From Antedon mediterranea (Eukaryota; Animalia; Echinodermata): 64,000 bases of DNA. The translations under genes and the position numbers were made by a program. The stretch spans positions 27,888,388-27,952,387 of the forward strand of contig NC_092670.1 of the NCBI RefSeq assembly GCF_964355755.1. Direction: 5' to 3'. This document shows positions 24,738-38,000 of this stretch, piece by piece; position 1 is the first letter of the stretch; each line of letters starts with the position of its first letter. The notes beneath the pieces are model-generated. The model was given only the letters and a program-made list of their open reading frames with translations, did not search any database and was not told the origin of the DNA.

Positions 24738-27700
24738 TTTTTTATGTTAACAAGTTTTTTCGAAAATCACAAAATGGTGTAAAACGTCTCCAAATGCGAT
24801 TTTAAGCTATTCTAAGCAATTTGGTGTTTTTATGTTAACAAGTTTTTTCGAAAATCACAAAATGGTCTAAAACGTCTCCAAATGCGATTTGAAGCTATTC
24901 TGTACACTTTGCTGTTTTGTGAGAATAATTTTTGTCGAAATGCTCAAAATGGTCAAAAACGTTTTTAAATACGATATTAAGCTATTTTGTGCTCTTTGAT
25001 GTTTTTGTGTGAAAAGTTTTATCGAAATGCTCAAAATGGTCTAAAACGGTTTCTAATGTGATTTTAAGCACTTTGATGTTTTTATGTTAACAACTTTTTT
25101 AGAAAATTACAAAATGGTGTAAAACGTCTCCAAATGCGATTTGAAGCTATTCTAAGCAATTTCGTGTTTTTATGTTAACAAGTTTTTTCTAAAATCACAA
25201 AATGGTCTAAAATGTCTCCAAATGCGATTTTAAGGTATTCTAAGCACTTTGGTGTTTTTATGTTAACAAGTTTTTTCGAAAATCACAAAATGGTCTAAAA
25301 CGTCTACAAATGCGATTTGAAGCTATTCTAAGCACTTTGGTGTTTTTATGTTAACAAGTTTTTTCGAAAATCACAAAATGGTATAAAACGTCTCCAAATG
25401 CGATTTGAAGATTTTCTAAGCACTTTGGTGTTTTTATGTTTACAAGTTTTTTCGAAAATCACAAAATGGTCTAAAACGTCTCCAAATGCGATTTGAAGCT
25501 ATTCCGTACACTTTGCTGTTTTGTGTGAATAATTTTGTCAAAATGCTCAAAATGGTCAAAAACGTTTTTAAATACTATATTAAGCTATTTTGTGTTCTTT
25601 GATGTTTTTGTGTGAAAAGTTTTATCGAAATGCTCAAAATGGTCTAAAACGGTTTCTAATGAAATGATTTTAAGAACTTTGATGTTTTTATGTTAACAAC
25701 TTTTTTAGAAAATCACAAAATGGTCTAAAACGTCTCCAAATGCGATTTGAAGCAATTCTAAGCACTTTGGTGTTTTTATGTTAACAAGTTTTTTCGAAAA
25801 TCACAAAATGGTATAAAACCTCTCCAAATGCGATTTTAAGGTATTCTAAGCACTTTGGTGTTTTTATGTTAACAAGTTTTTTCGAAAACCACAAAATGGT
25901 ATAAAACGTCTCCAAATGCGATTTGAAGCAATTCTAAGCACTTTGGTGTTTTTATGTTAACAAGTTTTTTCGAAAATCACAAAATGGTATAAAACGTCTC
26001 CAAATGAGATTTTAAGGTATTCTAAGCACTTTGGTGTTTTTATGTTAACAAGTTTTTTCGAAAATCACAAAATGGTCTAAAACGTCTACAAATGCGATTT
26101 GAAGCTATTCTAAGCACTTTGGTGTTTTTATGTTAACAAGTTTTTTCGAAAATCACAAAATGGTATAAAACGTCTCCAAATGCGATTTTAAGCTATTCTA
26201 AGCAATTTGGTGTTTTTATGTTAACAAGTTTTTTCGAAAATCACAAAATGGTCGAAAATGTCACAAAATGCGATTTGAAGCTATTCTAAGCACTTTGGTG
26301 TTATTATGTTAACAAGTTTTTTCGAAAATCACAAATTGGTCTAAAACGTCTCCAAATGCGATTTGAAGCTATTTTAAGCACTTTGGTGTTTTTGTGTAAC
26401 CAAGTTTTTTCGAAAATCACAAAAGGGTCTAAAATGTCTAAAAATACGATTTGAAGCTATTCTGTACACTTTGATGTTTTTTTGTTAACAAGTTTTTTCG
26501 AAAGTCACAAAATGGTCTAAAACGTCTCCAAATGCGATTTGAAGCTATTCTAAGCACTTTGGTGTTTTTATGTTAACAAGTTTTTTCGAAAATCACAAAA
26601 TGGTGTAAAACGTCTCCAAATGCGATTTGAAGCTATTCTAAGCACTTTGGTGTTTTTATGTTAACAAGTTTTTTCGAAAATCACAAAATGGTGTAAAACT
26701 TCTCCAAATACGATTTTAAGCTATTCTAAGCAATTTGGTGTTTTTATGTTAACAAGTTTTTTCGAAAATCACAAAATGGTCTAAAACGTCTCCAAATGCG
26801 ATTTGAAGTTATTCTGTACACTTTGCTGTTTTGTGAGAATAATTTTTGTCGAAATGCTCAAAATGGTCAAAAACGTTTTTAAATACGATATTAAGCTATT
26901 TTGTGCTCTTTGATGTTTTTGTGTGAAAAGTTTTATCGAAATGCTCAAAATGGTCTAAAACGGTTTCTAATGTGATTTTAAGCACTTTGGTGTTTTTATG
27001 TTAACAAGTTTTTTCGAAAATCACAAAATGGTCTAAAACGTCTCCAAATGTGATTTGAAGCTATTCTAAACACTTTGGTGTTTTTATGTTAACAAGTTTT
27101 TTCGAAAATCACAAATTGGTCTAAAACGTATCCAAATGCGATTTGAAGCTATTTTAAGCACTTTGGTGTTTTTGTGTAACCAAGTTTTTTCGAAAATCAC
27201 AAAAGGGTCTAAAATGTCTCAAAATGCGATTTGAAGCTATTCTGTACACTTTGATGTTTTTTTGTTAACAAGTTTTTTCGAAAGTCACAAAATGGTCTAA
27301 AACGTCTCCAAATGCGATTTGAAGCTATTCTAAGCACTTTGGTGTTTTTATGTTAACAAGTTTTTTCGAAAATCACAAAATGGTGTAAAACGTCTCCAAA
27401 TGCGATTTGAAGCTATTCTAAGCACTTTGGTGTTTTTATGTTAACAAGTTTTTTCGAAAATCACAAAATGGTGTAAAACTTCTCCAAATACGATTTTAAG
27501 CTATTCTAAGCAATTTGGTGTTTTTATGTTAACAAGTTTTTTCGAAAATCACAAAATGGTCTAAAACGTCTCCAAATGCGATTTGAAGCTATTCTGTACA
27601 CTTTGCTGTTTTGTGTGAATAATTTTTGTTGAAATGCTCAAAATGGTCAAAAACGTTTTTAAATACTATATTAAGCTATTTTGTGTTCTTTGATGTTTTT

Positions 27701-28982
27701 GTGTGAAAAGTTTTATCGAAATGCTCAAAATGGTCTAAAACGGTTTCTAATGTGATTTTAAGCACTTTGATGTTTTTATGTTAACAAGTTTTTTCGAAAA
27801 TCACAAAATGGTGTAAAACGTCTCCAAATGCGATTTGAAGCTATTCTAAGCACGTTGGTGTTTTTATGTTAACAAGTTTTTTCGAAAATCACAAAATGGT
27901 CTAAAACGTCTCCAAATGCGATTTGAAGCAATTCTAAGCACTTTGGTGTTTTTATGGTAACGAGTTATTTCGAAAATCACAAAATGGTCTAAAACGTCTC
28001 CAAATGCGATTTGAAGCTATTCTGTACACTTTGCTGTTTTGTGTGAATAATTTTTGTCAAAATGCTCAAAATGGTCAAAAACGTTTTTTAATACTATATT
28101 AAGCTATTTTGTGCTCTTTGATGTTTTTGTGTGAAAAGTTTTATCGAAATGCTCAAAATGGTCTAAAACGGTTTCTAATGTGATTTTAAGCACTTTGATG
28201 TTTTTATGTTAACAACTTTTTTAGAAAATTACAAAATGGTGTAAAACGTCTCCAAATGCGATTTGAAGCTATTCTAAGCACTTTGGTGTTTTTATGGTAA
28301 CGAGTTTTTTTGAATATCACAAAATGGTCTAAAATGTCTCCAAATGCGATTTGAAGCTTTTCTAAGCACTTTGGTGTTTTTATGTTAACAAGTTTTTTCG
28401 AAAATCACAAAATGGTCTAAAACGTCTCCAAATGTGATTTGAAGCTATTCTAAACACTTTGGTGTTTTTATGTTAACAAGTTTTTTCGAAAATCACAAAT
28501 TGGTCTAAAACGTCTCCAAATGCGATTTGAAGCTAGTTTAAGCACTTTGGTGTTTTTGTGTAACCAAGTTTTTTCGAAAATCACAAAAGGGTCTAAAATG
28601 TCTCAAAATGCGATTTGAAGCTATTCTGTACACTTTGATGTTTTTTTTGTTAACAAGTTTTTTCGAAAGTCACAAAATGGTCTAAAACGTCTCCAAATGC
28701 GATTTGAAGCTATTCTAAGCACTTTGGTGTTTTTATGTTAACAAGTTTTTTCGAAAATCACAAAATGGTGTAAAACGTCTCCAAATGCGATTTGAAGCTA
28801 TTCTAAGCAATTTGGTGTTTTTATGTTAACAAGTTTTTTCGAAAATCACAAAATGGTGTAAAACGTCTCCAAATGCGATTTTAAGCTATTCTAAGCAATT
28901 TGGTGTTCTTTTATGTTAACAAGTTTTTTCGAAAATCACAAAATGGTCTAAAACGTCTCCAAATGCGATTTGAAGCTATTCT
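24731..28982 (+). repeat. Segmental block X, copy 2 (one A monomer shorter)
   Basis: B starts 24902, 25506, 26816, 27596, 28024 versus 10122, 10814, 12124, 12904, 13332 in copy 1. Confidence 0.85.
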
Positions 28983-31900
28983 GTACACTTTGCTGTTTTG
29001 TGAGAATAATTTTTGTCGAAATGCTCAAAATGGTCAAAAACGTTTTTAAATACGATATTAAGCTATTTTGTGCTCTTTGATGTTTTTGTGTGAAAAGTTT
29101 TATCGAAATGCTCAAAATGGTCTAAAACGGTTTCTAATGTGATTTTAAGCACTTTGGTGTTTTTATGTTAACAAGTTTTTTCGAAAATCACAAAATGGTC
29201 TAAAACGTCTCCAAATGTGATTTGAAGCTATTCTAAACACTTTGGTGTTTTTATGTTAACAAGTTTTTTCGAAAATCACAAATTGGTCTAAAACGTCTCC
29301 AAATGCGATTTGAAGCTATTTTAAGCACTTTGGTGTTTTTGTGTAACCAAGTTTTTTCGAAAATCACAAAAGGGTCTAAAATGTCTCAAAATGCGATTTG
29401 AAGCTATTCTGTACACTTTGATGTTTTTTTGTTAACAAGTTTTTTCGAAAGTCACAAAATGGTCTAAAACGTCTCCAAATGCGATTTGAAGCTATTCTAA
29501 GCACTTTGCTGTTTTGTGTGAATAATTTTTGTCGAAATGCTCAAAATGGTCAAAAACGTTTTTAAATACGATATTAAGCTATTTTGTGCTCTTTGATGTT
29601 TTTGTGTGAAAAGTTTTATCGAAATGCTCAAAATGGTCTAAAACGGTTTCTAATGTGATTTTAAGCACTTTGATGTTTTTATGTTAACAACTTTTTTAGA
29701 AAATCACAAAATGGTCTAAAACGTCTCCAAATGCGATTTGAAGCAATTCTAAGCACTTTGGTGTTTTTATGGTAACGAGTTTTTTTGAATATCACAAAAT
29801 GGTCTAAAATGTCTCCAAATGCGATTTGAAGCTTTTCTAAGCACATTGGTGTTTTTATGTTAACAAGTTTTTTCGAAAATCACAAAATGGTCTAAAACGT
29901 CTCCAAATGCGATTTGAAGCTATTCTGTACACTTTGCTGTTTTGTGTGAATAATTTTTGTCGAAATGCTCAAAATGGTCAAAAACGTTTTTAAATACGAT
30001 ATTAAGCTATTTTGTGCTCTTTTATGTTTTTGTGTGAAAAGTTTTATCGAAATGCTCAAAATGGTCTAAAACGGTTTCTAATGTGATTTTAAGCACTTTG
30101 ATGTTTTTATGTTAACAACTTTTTTAGAAAATCACAAAATGGTCTAAAACGTCTCCAAATGCGATTTGAAGCAATTCTAAGCACTTTGGTGTTTTTATGG
30201 TAACGAGTTTTTTTGAATATCACAAAATGGTCTAAAATGTCTCCAAATGCGATTTGAAGCTTTTCTAAGCACTTTGGTGTTTTTATGGTAACGAGTTATT
30301 TCGAAAATCACAAAATGGTCTAAAACGTCTCCAAATGCGATTTGAAGCTATTCTGTACACTTTGCTGTTTTGTGTGAATAATTTTTGTCAAAATGCTCAA
30401 AATGGTCAAAAACGTTTTTAAATACTATATTAAGCTATTTTGTGCTCTTTGATGTTTTTGTGTGAAAAGTTTTATCGAAATGCTCAAAATGGTCTAAAAC
30501 GGTTTCTAATGTGATTTTAAGCACTTTGATGTTTTTATGTTAACAACTTTTTTAGAAAATTACAAATTGGTGTAAAACGTCTCCAAATGCGATTTGAAGC
30601 TATTCTAAGCAATTTGGTGTTTTTATGTTAACAAGTTTTTTCGAAAATCACAAAATGGTCTAAAACGTCTCCAAATGCGATTTGAAGCTATTCTAAGCAC
30701 TTTTGTGTTTTTATGTTAACAAGTTTTTTCGAAAATCACAAAATGGTCTAAAATGTCTCCAAATGCGATTTGAAGCTTTTCTAAGCACTTTTGTGTTTTT
30801 ATGTTTACAAGTTTTTTCGAAAATCACAAAATGGTCTAAAACGTCTCCAAATGCGATTTGAAGCTATTCTGTACACTTTGCTGTTTTGTGTGAATAATTT
30901 TTGTCAAAATGCTCAAAATGGTCAAAAACGGTTTTAAATACTATATTAAGCTATTTTGTGTTCTTTGATGTTTTTATGTGAAAAGTTTTATCGAAATGCT
31001 CAAAATGGTCTAAAACGGTTTCTAATGTGATTTTAAGAACTTTGATGTTTTTATGTTAAAAACTTTTTTAGAAAATCACAAAATGGTCTAAAACGTCTCC
31101 AAATGCGATTTGAAGAAATTCTAAGCACTTTGGTGTTTTTATGTTAACACGTTTTTTCGAAAATCACAAAATGGTCTACAACGTCTCCAAATGCGATTTG
31201 AAGCTATTCTAAGCACTTTGGTGTTTTTATGTTAACAAGTTTTTTCGAAAATCACAAAGTGGTATAAAACGTCTCCAAATGCGATTTTAATGTATTCTAA
31301 GCACTTTGGTGTTTTTATGTTAACAAGTTTTTTCGAAAATCACAAAATGGTCTAAAACGTCTCCAAATGTGATTTGAAGCTATTCTAAACACTTTGGTGT
31401 TTTTATGTTAACAAGTTTTTTCGAAAATCACAAATTGGTCTAAAACGTCTCCAAATGCGATTTGAAGCTATTTTAAGCACTTTGGTGTTTTTGTGTAACC
31501 AAGTTTTTTCGAAAATCACAAAAGGGTCTAAAATGTCTCAAAATGCGATTTGAAGCTATTCTGTACACTTTGATGTTTTTATGTTAACAACTTTTTTAGA
31601 AAATCACAAAATGGTCTAAAACGTCTCCAAATGCGATTTGAAGCAATTCTAAGCACTTTGGTGTTTTTATGGTAACGAGTTTTTTTGAATATCACAAAAT
31701 GGTCTAAAATGTCTCCAAATGCGATTTGAAGCTTTTCTAAGCACGTTGGTGTTTTTATGTTTACAAGTTTTTTCGAAAATCACAAAATGGTCTAAAACGG
31801 CTCCAAATACGATTTGAAGCTATTCTAAGCACTTTGGTGTTTTTATGTTAACAAGTTTTTTCGAAAATCACAAAATGGTCTAAAACGTCTCCAAATGCGA

Positions 31901-32012
31901 TTTGAAGCTATTCTAAGCACTTTGGTGTTTTTATGTTAACAAGTTTTTTCGAAAATCACAAAATGGTGTAAAACGTCTCCAAATGCGATTTGAAGCTATT
32001 CTAAGCAATTTT

Positions 32013-35000
32013 GTGTTTTTATGTTAACAAGTTTTTTCGAAAATCACAAAATGGTCTAAAACGTCTCCAAATGCGATTTGAAGCTATTCTAAGCACTTTT
32101 GTGTTTTTATGTTAACAAGTTTTTTCGAAAATCACAAAATGGTCTAAAATGTCTCAAAATGCGATTTGAAGCTATTCTGTACACTTTGCTGTTTTGTGTG
32201 AATAATTTTTGTCAAAATGCTCAAAATGGTCAAAAACGTTTTTAAATACTATATTAAGCTATTTTGTGTTCTTTGATGTTTTTGTGTGAAAAGTTTTTTC
32301 GAAATGCTCAAAATGGTCTAAAACGGTTTCTAATGTGATTTTAAGCACTTTGATGTTTTTATGTTAACAACTTTTTTAGAAAATTACAAAATGGTCTAAA
32401 ACGTCTCCAAATGCAATTTGAAGCAATTCTAAGCACTTTGGTGTTTTTATGTTAACAAGTTTTTTCGAAAATCACAAAATGGTCTAAAACGTCTCCAAAT
32501 GCTATTTGAAGCTATTCTGTACACTTTGCTGTTTTGTGTGAATAATTTTTGTTGAAATGCTCAAAATGGTCAAAAACGTTTTTAAATACGATATTAAGCT
32601 ATTTTGTGCTCTTTGATGTTTTTGTGTGAAAAGTTTTATCGAAATGCTCAAAATGGTCTAAAACGGTTTCTAATGTGATTTTAAGCACTTTGGTGTTTTT
32701 ATGTTAACAAGTTTTTTCGAAAATCACAAAATGGTCTAAAATATCTCCAAATGCGATTTGAAGCTTTTCTAAGCACTTTGGTGTTTTTATGTTAACAAGT
32801 TTTTTCGAAAATCACAAAATGGTCTAAAACGTCTCCAAATGTGATTTGAAGCTATTCTAAACACTTTGGTGTTTTTATGTTAACAAGTTTTTTCGAAAAT
32901 CACAAATTGGTCTAAAACGTCTCCAAATGCGATTTTAAGCAATTCTAAGCACTTTGGTGTTTTTATGTTAAAAAGTTTTTTTCGAAAATCACAAAATGGT
33001 CTAAAACCTCTCCAAATGCGATTTGAAGCTATTCTGTACACTTTGCTGTTTTGTGTGAATAATTTTTGTCGAAATGCTCAAAATGGTCAAAAACGTTTTT
33101 AAATACGATATTAAGCTATTTTGTGCTCTTTGATGTTTTTGTGTGAAAAGTTTTATCGAAATGCTCAAAATGGTCTAAAACGGTTTCTAATGTGATTTTA
33201 AGCACTTTGGTGTTTTTATGTTAACAAGTTTTTTCGAAAATCACAAAATGGTCTAAAACGTCTCCAAATGTGATTTGAAGCTATTTTAAACACTTTGGTG
33301 TTTTTATGTTAATAAGTTTTTTCGAAAATCACAAATTGGTCTAAAACGTCTCCAAATGCGATTTGAAGCTTTTCTAAGCACTTTGGTGTTTTTATGGTAA
33401 CGAGTTTTTTCGAAAATCACAAAATGGTCTAAAACGTCTCCAAATGCGATTTGAAGCTATTCTGTACACTTTGCTGTTTTGTGTGAATAATTTTTGTTGA
33501 AATGCTCAAAATGGTCAAAAACGTTTTTAAATACTATATTAAGCTATTTTGTGTTCTTTGATGTTTTTGTGTGAAAAGTTTTATCGAAATGCTCAAAATG
33601 GTCTAAAACGGTTTCTAATGTGATTTTAAGCACTTTGATGTTTTTATGTTAACAACTTTTTTAGAAAATCACAAAATGGTCTAAAACGTCTCCAAATGCG
33701 ATTTGAAGCAATTCTAAGCACTTTGGTGTCTTTATGGTAACGAGTTTTTTTGAATATCACAAAATGGTCTAAAACGTCTCCAAATGCATTTTGAAGCTTT
33801 TCTAAGCACTTTGGTGTTTTTATGTTTACAAGTTTTTTCGAAAATCACAAAATGGTCTAAAACGGCTCCAAATACGATTTGAAGCTATTCTAAGCACTTT
33901 GGTGTTTTTATGTTAACAAGTTTTTTCGAAAATCACAAAATGGTCTAAAACGTCTCCAAATGCGATTTGAAGCTATTCTAAGCACTTTGGTGTTTTTATG
34001 TTAACAAGTTTTTTCGAAAATCACAAAATGGTGTAAAACGTCTCCAAATGCGATTTGAAGCTATTCTAAGCAATTTTGTGTTTTTATGTTAACAAGTTTT
34101 TTCGAAAATCACAAAATGGTCTAAAACGTCTCCAAATGCGATTTGAAGCTATTCTAAGCACTTTTGTGTTTTTATGTTAACAAGTTTTTTCGAAAATCAC
34201 AAAATGGTCTAAAATGTCTCAAAATGCGATTTGAAGCTATTCTGTACACTTTGCTGTTTTGTGTGAATAATTTTTGTCAAAATGCTCAAAATGGTCAAAA
34301 ACGTTTTTAAATACTATATTAAGCTATTTTGTGTTCTTTGATGTTTTTGTGTGAAAAGTTTTTTCGAAATGCTCAAAATGGTCTAAAACGGTTTCTAATG
34401 TGATTTTAAGCACTTTGATGTTTTTATGTTAACAACTTTTTTAGAAAATTACAAAATGGTCTAAAACGTCTCCAAATGCAATTTGAAGCAATTCTAAGCA
34501 CTTTGGTGTTTTTATGTTAACAAGTTTTTTCGAAAATCACAAAATGGTCTAAAACGTCTCCAAATGCGATTTGAAGCTATTCTGTACACTTTGCTGTTTT
34601 GTGTGAATAATTTTTGTTGAAATGCTCAAAATGGTCAAAAACGTTTTTAAATACGATATTAAGCTATTTTGTGCTCTTTGATGTTTTTGTGTGAAAAGTT
34701 TTATCGAAATGCTCAAAATGGTCTAAAACGGTTTCTAATGTGATTTTAAGCACTTTGGTGTTTTTATGTTAACAAGTTTTTTCGAAAATCACAAAATGGT
34801 CTAAAACGTCTCCAAATGTGATTTGAAGCTATTCTAAACACTTTGGTGTTTTTATGTTAACAAGTTTTTTCGAAAATCACAAATTGGTCTAAAACGTCTC
34901 CAAATGCGATTTGAAGCTATTTTAAGCACTTTGGTGTTTTTGTGTAACCAAGTTTTTTCGAAAATCACAAAAGGGTCTAAAATGTCTCAAAATGCGATTT

Positions 35001-38000
35001 GAAGCTATTCTGTACACTTTGATGTTTTTTTGTTAACAAGTTTTTTCGAAAGTCTCAAAATGGTCTAAAAAGTCTCCAAATGCGATTTGAAGCTATTCTA
35101 AGCACTTTGGTGTTTTTATGTTAACAAGTTTTATCGAAAATCACAAAATGGTGTAAAACGTCTCCAAATGCGATTTGAAGCTATTCTAAGCACTTTGGTG
35201 TTTTTATGTTAACAAGTTTTTTCGAAAATCACAAAATGGTGTAAAACGTCTCCAAATGCGATTTTAAGCTATTCTAAGCAATTTGGTGTTTTTATGTTAA
35301 CAAGTTTTTTCGAAAATCACAAAATGGTCTAAAACGTCTCCAAATGCGATTTGAAGCTATTCTGTACACTTTGCTGTTTTGTGAGAATAATTTTTGTCGA
35401 AATGCTCAAAATGGTCAAAAACGTTTTTAAATACGATATTAAGCTATTTTGTGCTCTTTGATGTTTTTGTGTGAAAAGTTTTATCGAAATGCTCAAAATG
35501 GTCTAAAACGGTTTCTAATGTGATTTTAAGCACTTTGATGTTTTTATGTTAACAACTTTTTTAGAAAATTACAAAATGGTGTAAAACGTCTCCAAATGCG
35601 ATTTGAAGCTATTCTAAGCAATTTCGTGTTTTTATGTTAACAAGTTTTTTCGAAAATCACAAAATGGTCTAAAACGTCTCCAAATGCGATTTGAAGCTAT
35701 TCTAAGCACTTTTGTGTTTTTATGTTAACAAGTTTTTTCGAAAATCACAAAATGGTCTAAAATGTCTCCAAATGCGATTTTAAGGTATTCTAAGCACTTT
35801 GGTGTTTTTATGTTAACAAGTTTTTTCGAAAATCACAAAATGGTCTAAAACGTCTCCAAATGAGATTTTAAGGTATTCTAAGCACTTTGGTGTTTTTATG
35901 TTAACAAGTTTTTTCGAAAATCACAAAATGGTCTAAAACGTCTACAAATGCGATTTGAAGCTATTCTAAGCACTTTGGTGTTTTTATGTTAACAAGTTTT
36001 TTCGAAAATCACAAAATGGTCTAAAACGTCTCCAAATGCGATTTGAAGCTATTCTGTACACTTTGCTGTTTTGTGTGAATAATTTTTGTCGAAATGCTCA
36101 AAATGGTCAAAAACGTTTTTAAATACGATATTAAGCTATTTTGTGCTCTTTGATGTTTTTGTGTGAAAAGTTTTATCGAAATGCTCAAAATGGTCTAAAA
36201 CGGTTTCTAATGTGATTTTAAGCACTTTGATGTTTTTATGTTAACAACTTTTTTAGAAAATCACAAAATGGTCTAAAACGTCTCCAAATGCGATTTGAAG
36301 CAATTCTAAGCACTTTGGTGTTTTTATGGTAACGAGTTTTTTTGAATATCACAAAATGGTCTAAAATGTCTCCAAATGCGATTTGAAGCTATTCTGTACA
36401 CTTTGATGTTTTTTTGTTAACAAGTTTTTTCGAAAGTCACAAAATGGTCTAAAACGTCTCCAAATGCGATTTGAAACTATTCTAAGCACTTTGGTGTTTT
36501 TATGTTAACAAGTTTTTTCGAAAATCACAAAATGGGGTAAAACGTCTCCAAATGCGATTTGAAGCTATTCTAAGCACTTTGGTGTTTTTATGTTAACAAG
36601 TTTTTTCGAAAATCACAAAATGGTCTAAAACGTCTCCAAATGCGATTTGAAGCTATTCTAAGCACTTTTGTGTTTTTATGTTAACAAGTTTTTTCGAAAA
36701 TCACAAAATGGTCTAAAATGTCTCAAAATGCGATTTGAAGCTATTCTGTACACTTTGCTGTTTTGTGTGAATAATTTTTGTCAAAATGCTCAAAATGGTC
36801 AAAAACGTTTTTAAATACTATATTAAGCTATTTTGTGTTCTTTGATGTTTTTGTGTGAAAAGTTTTTTCGAAATGCTCAAAATGGTCTAAAACGGTTTCT
36901 AATGTGATTTTAAGCACTTTGATGTTTTTATGTTAACAACTTTTTTAGAAAATTACAAAATGGTCTAAAACGTCTCCAAATGCAATTTGAAGCAATTCTA
37001 AGCACTTTGGTGTTTTTATGTTAACAAGTTTTTTCGAAAATCACAAAATGGTCTAAAACGTCTCCAAATGCTATTTGAAGCTATTCTGTACACTTTGCTG
37101 TTTTGTGTGAATAATTTTTGTTGAAATGCTCAAAATGGTCAAAAACGTTTTTAAATACGATATTAAGCTATTTTGTGCTCTTTGATGTTTTTGTGTGAAA
37201 AGTTTTATCGAAATGCTCAAAATGGTCTAAAACGGTTTCTAATGTGATTTTAAGCACTTTGGTGTTTTTATGTTAACAAGTTTTTTCGAAAATCACAAAA
37301 TGGTCTAAAATATCTCCAAATGCGATTTGAAGCTTTTCTAAGCACTTTGGTGTTTTTATGTTAACAAGTTTTTTCGAAAATCACAAAATGGTCTAAAACG
37401 TCTCCAAATGTGATTTGAAGCTATTCTAAACACTTTGGTGTTTTTATGTTAACAAGTTTTTTCGAAAATCACAAATTGGTCTAAAACGTCTCCAAATGCG
37501 ATTTTAAGCAATTCTAAGCACTTTGGTGTTTTTATGTTAAAAAGTTTTTTTCGAAAATCACAAAATGGTCTAAAACCTCTCCAAATGCGATTTGAAGCTA
37601 TTCTGTACACTTTGCTGTTTTGTGTGAATAATTTTTGTCGAAATGCTCAAAATGGTCAAAAACGTTTTTAAATACGATATTAAGCTATTTTGTGCTCTTT
37701 GATGTTTTTGTGTGAAAAGTTTTATCGAAATGCTCAAAATGGTCTAAAACGGTTTCTAATGTGATTTTAAGCACTTTGGTGTTTTTATGTTAACAAGTTT
37801 TTTCGAAAATCACAAAATGGTCTAAAACGTCTCCAAATGTGATTTGAAGCTATTTTAAACACTTTGGTGTTTTTATGTTAATAAGTTTTTTCGAAAATCA
37901 CAAATTGGTCTAAAACGTCTCCAAATGCGATTTGAAGCTTTTCTAAGCACTTTGGTGTTTTTATGGTAACGAGTTTTTTCGAAAATCACAAAATGGTCTA

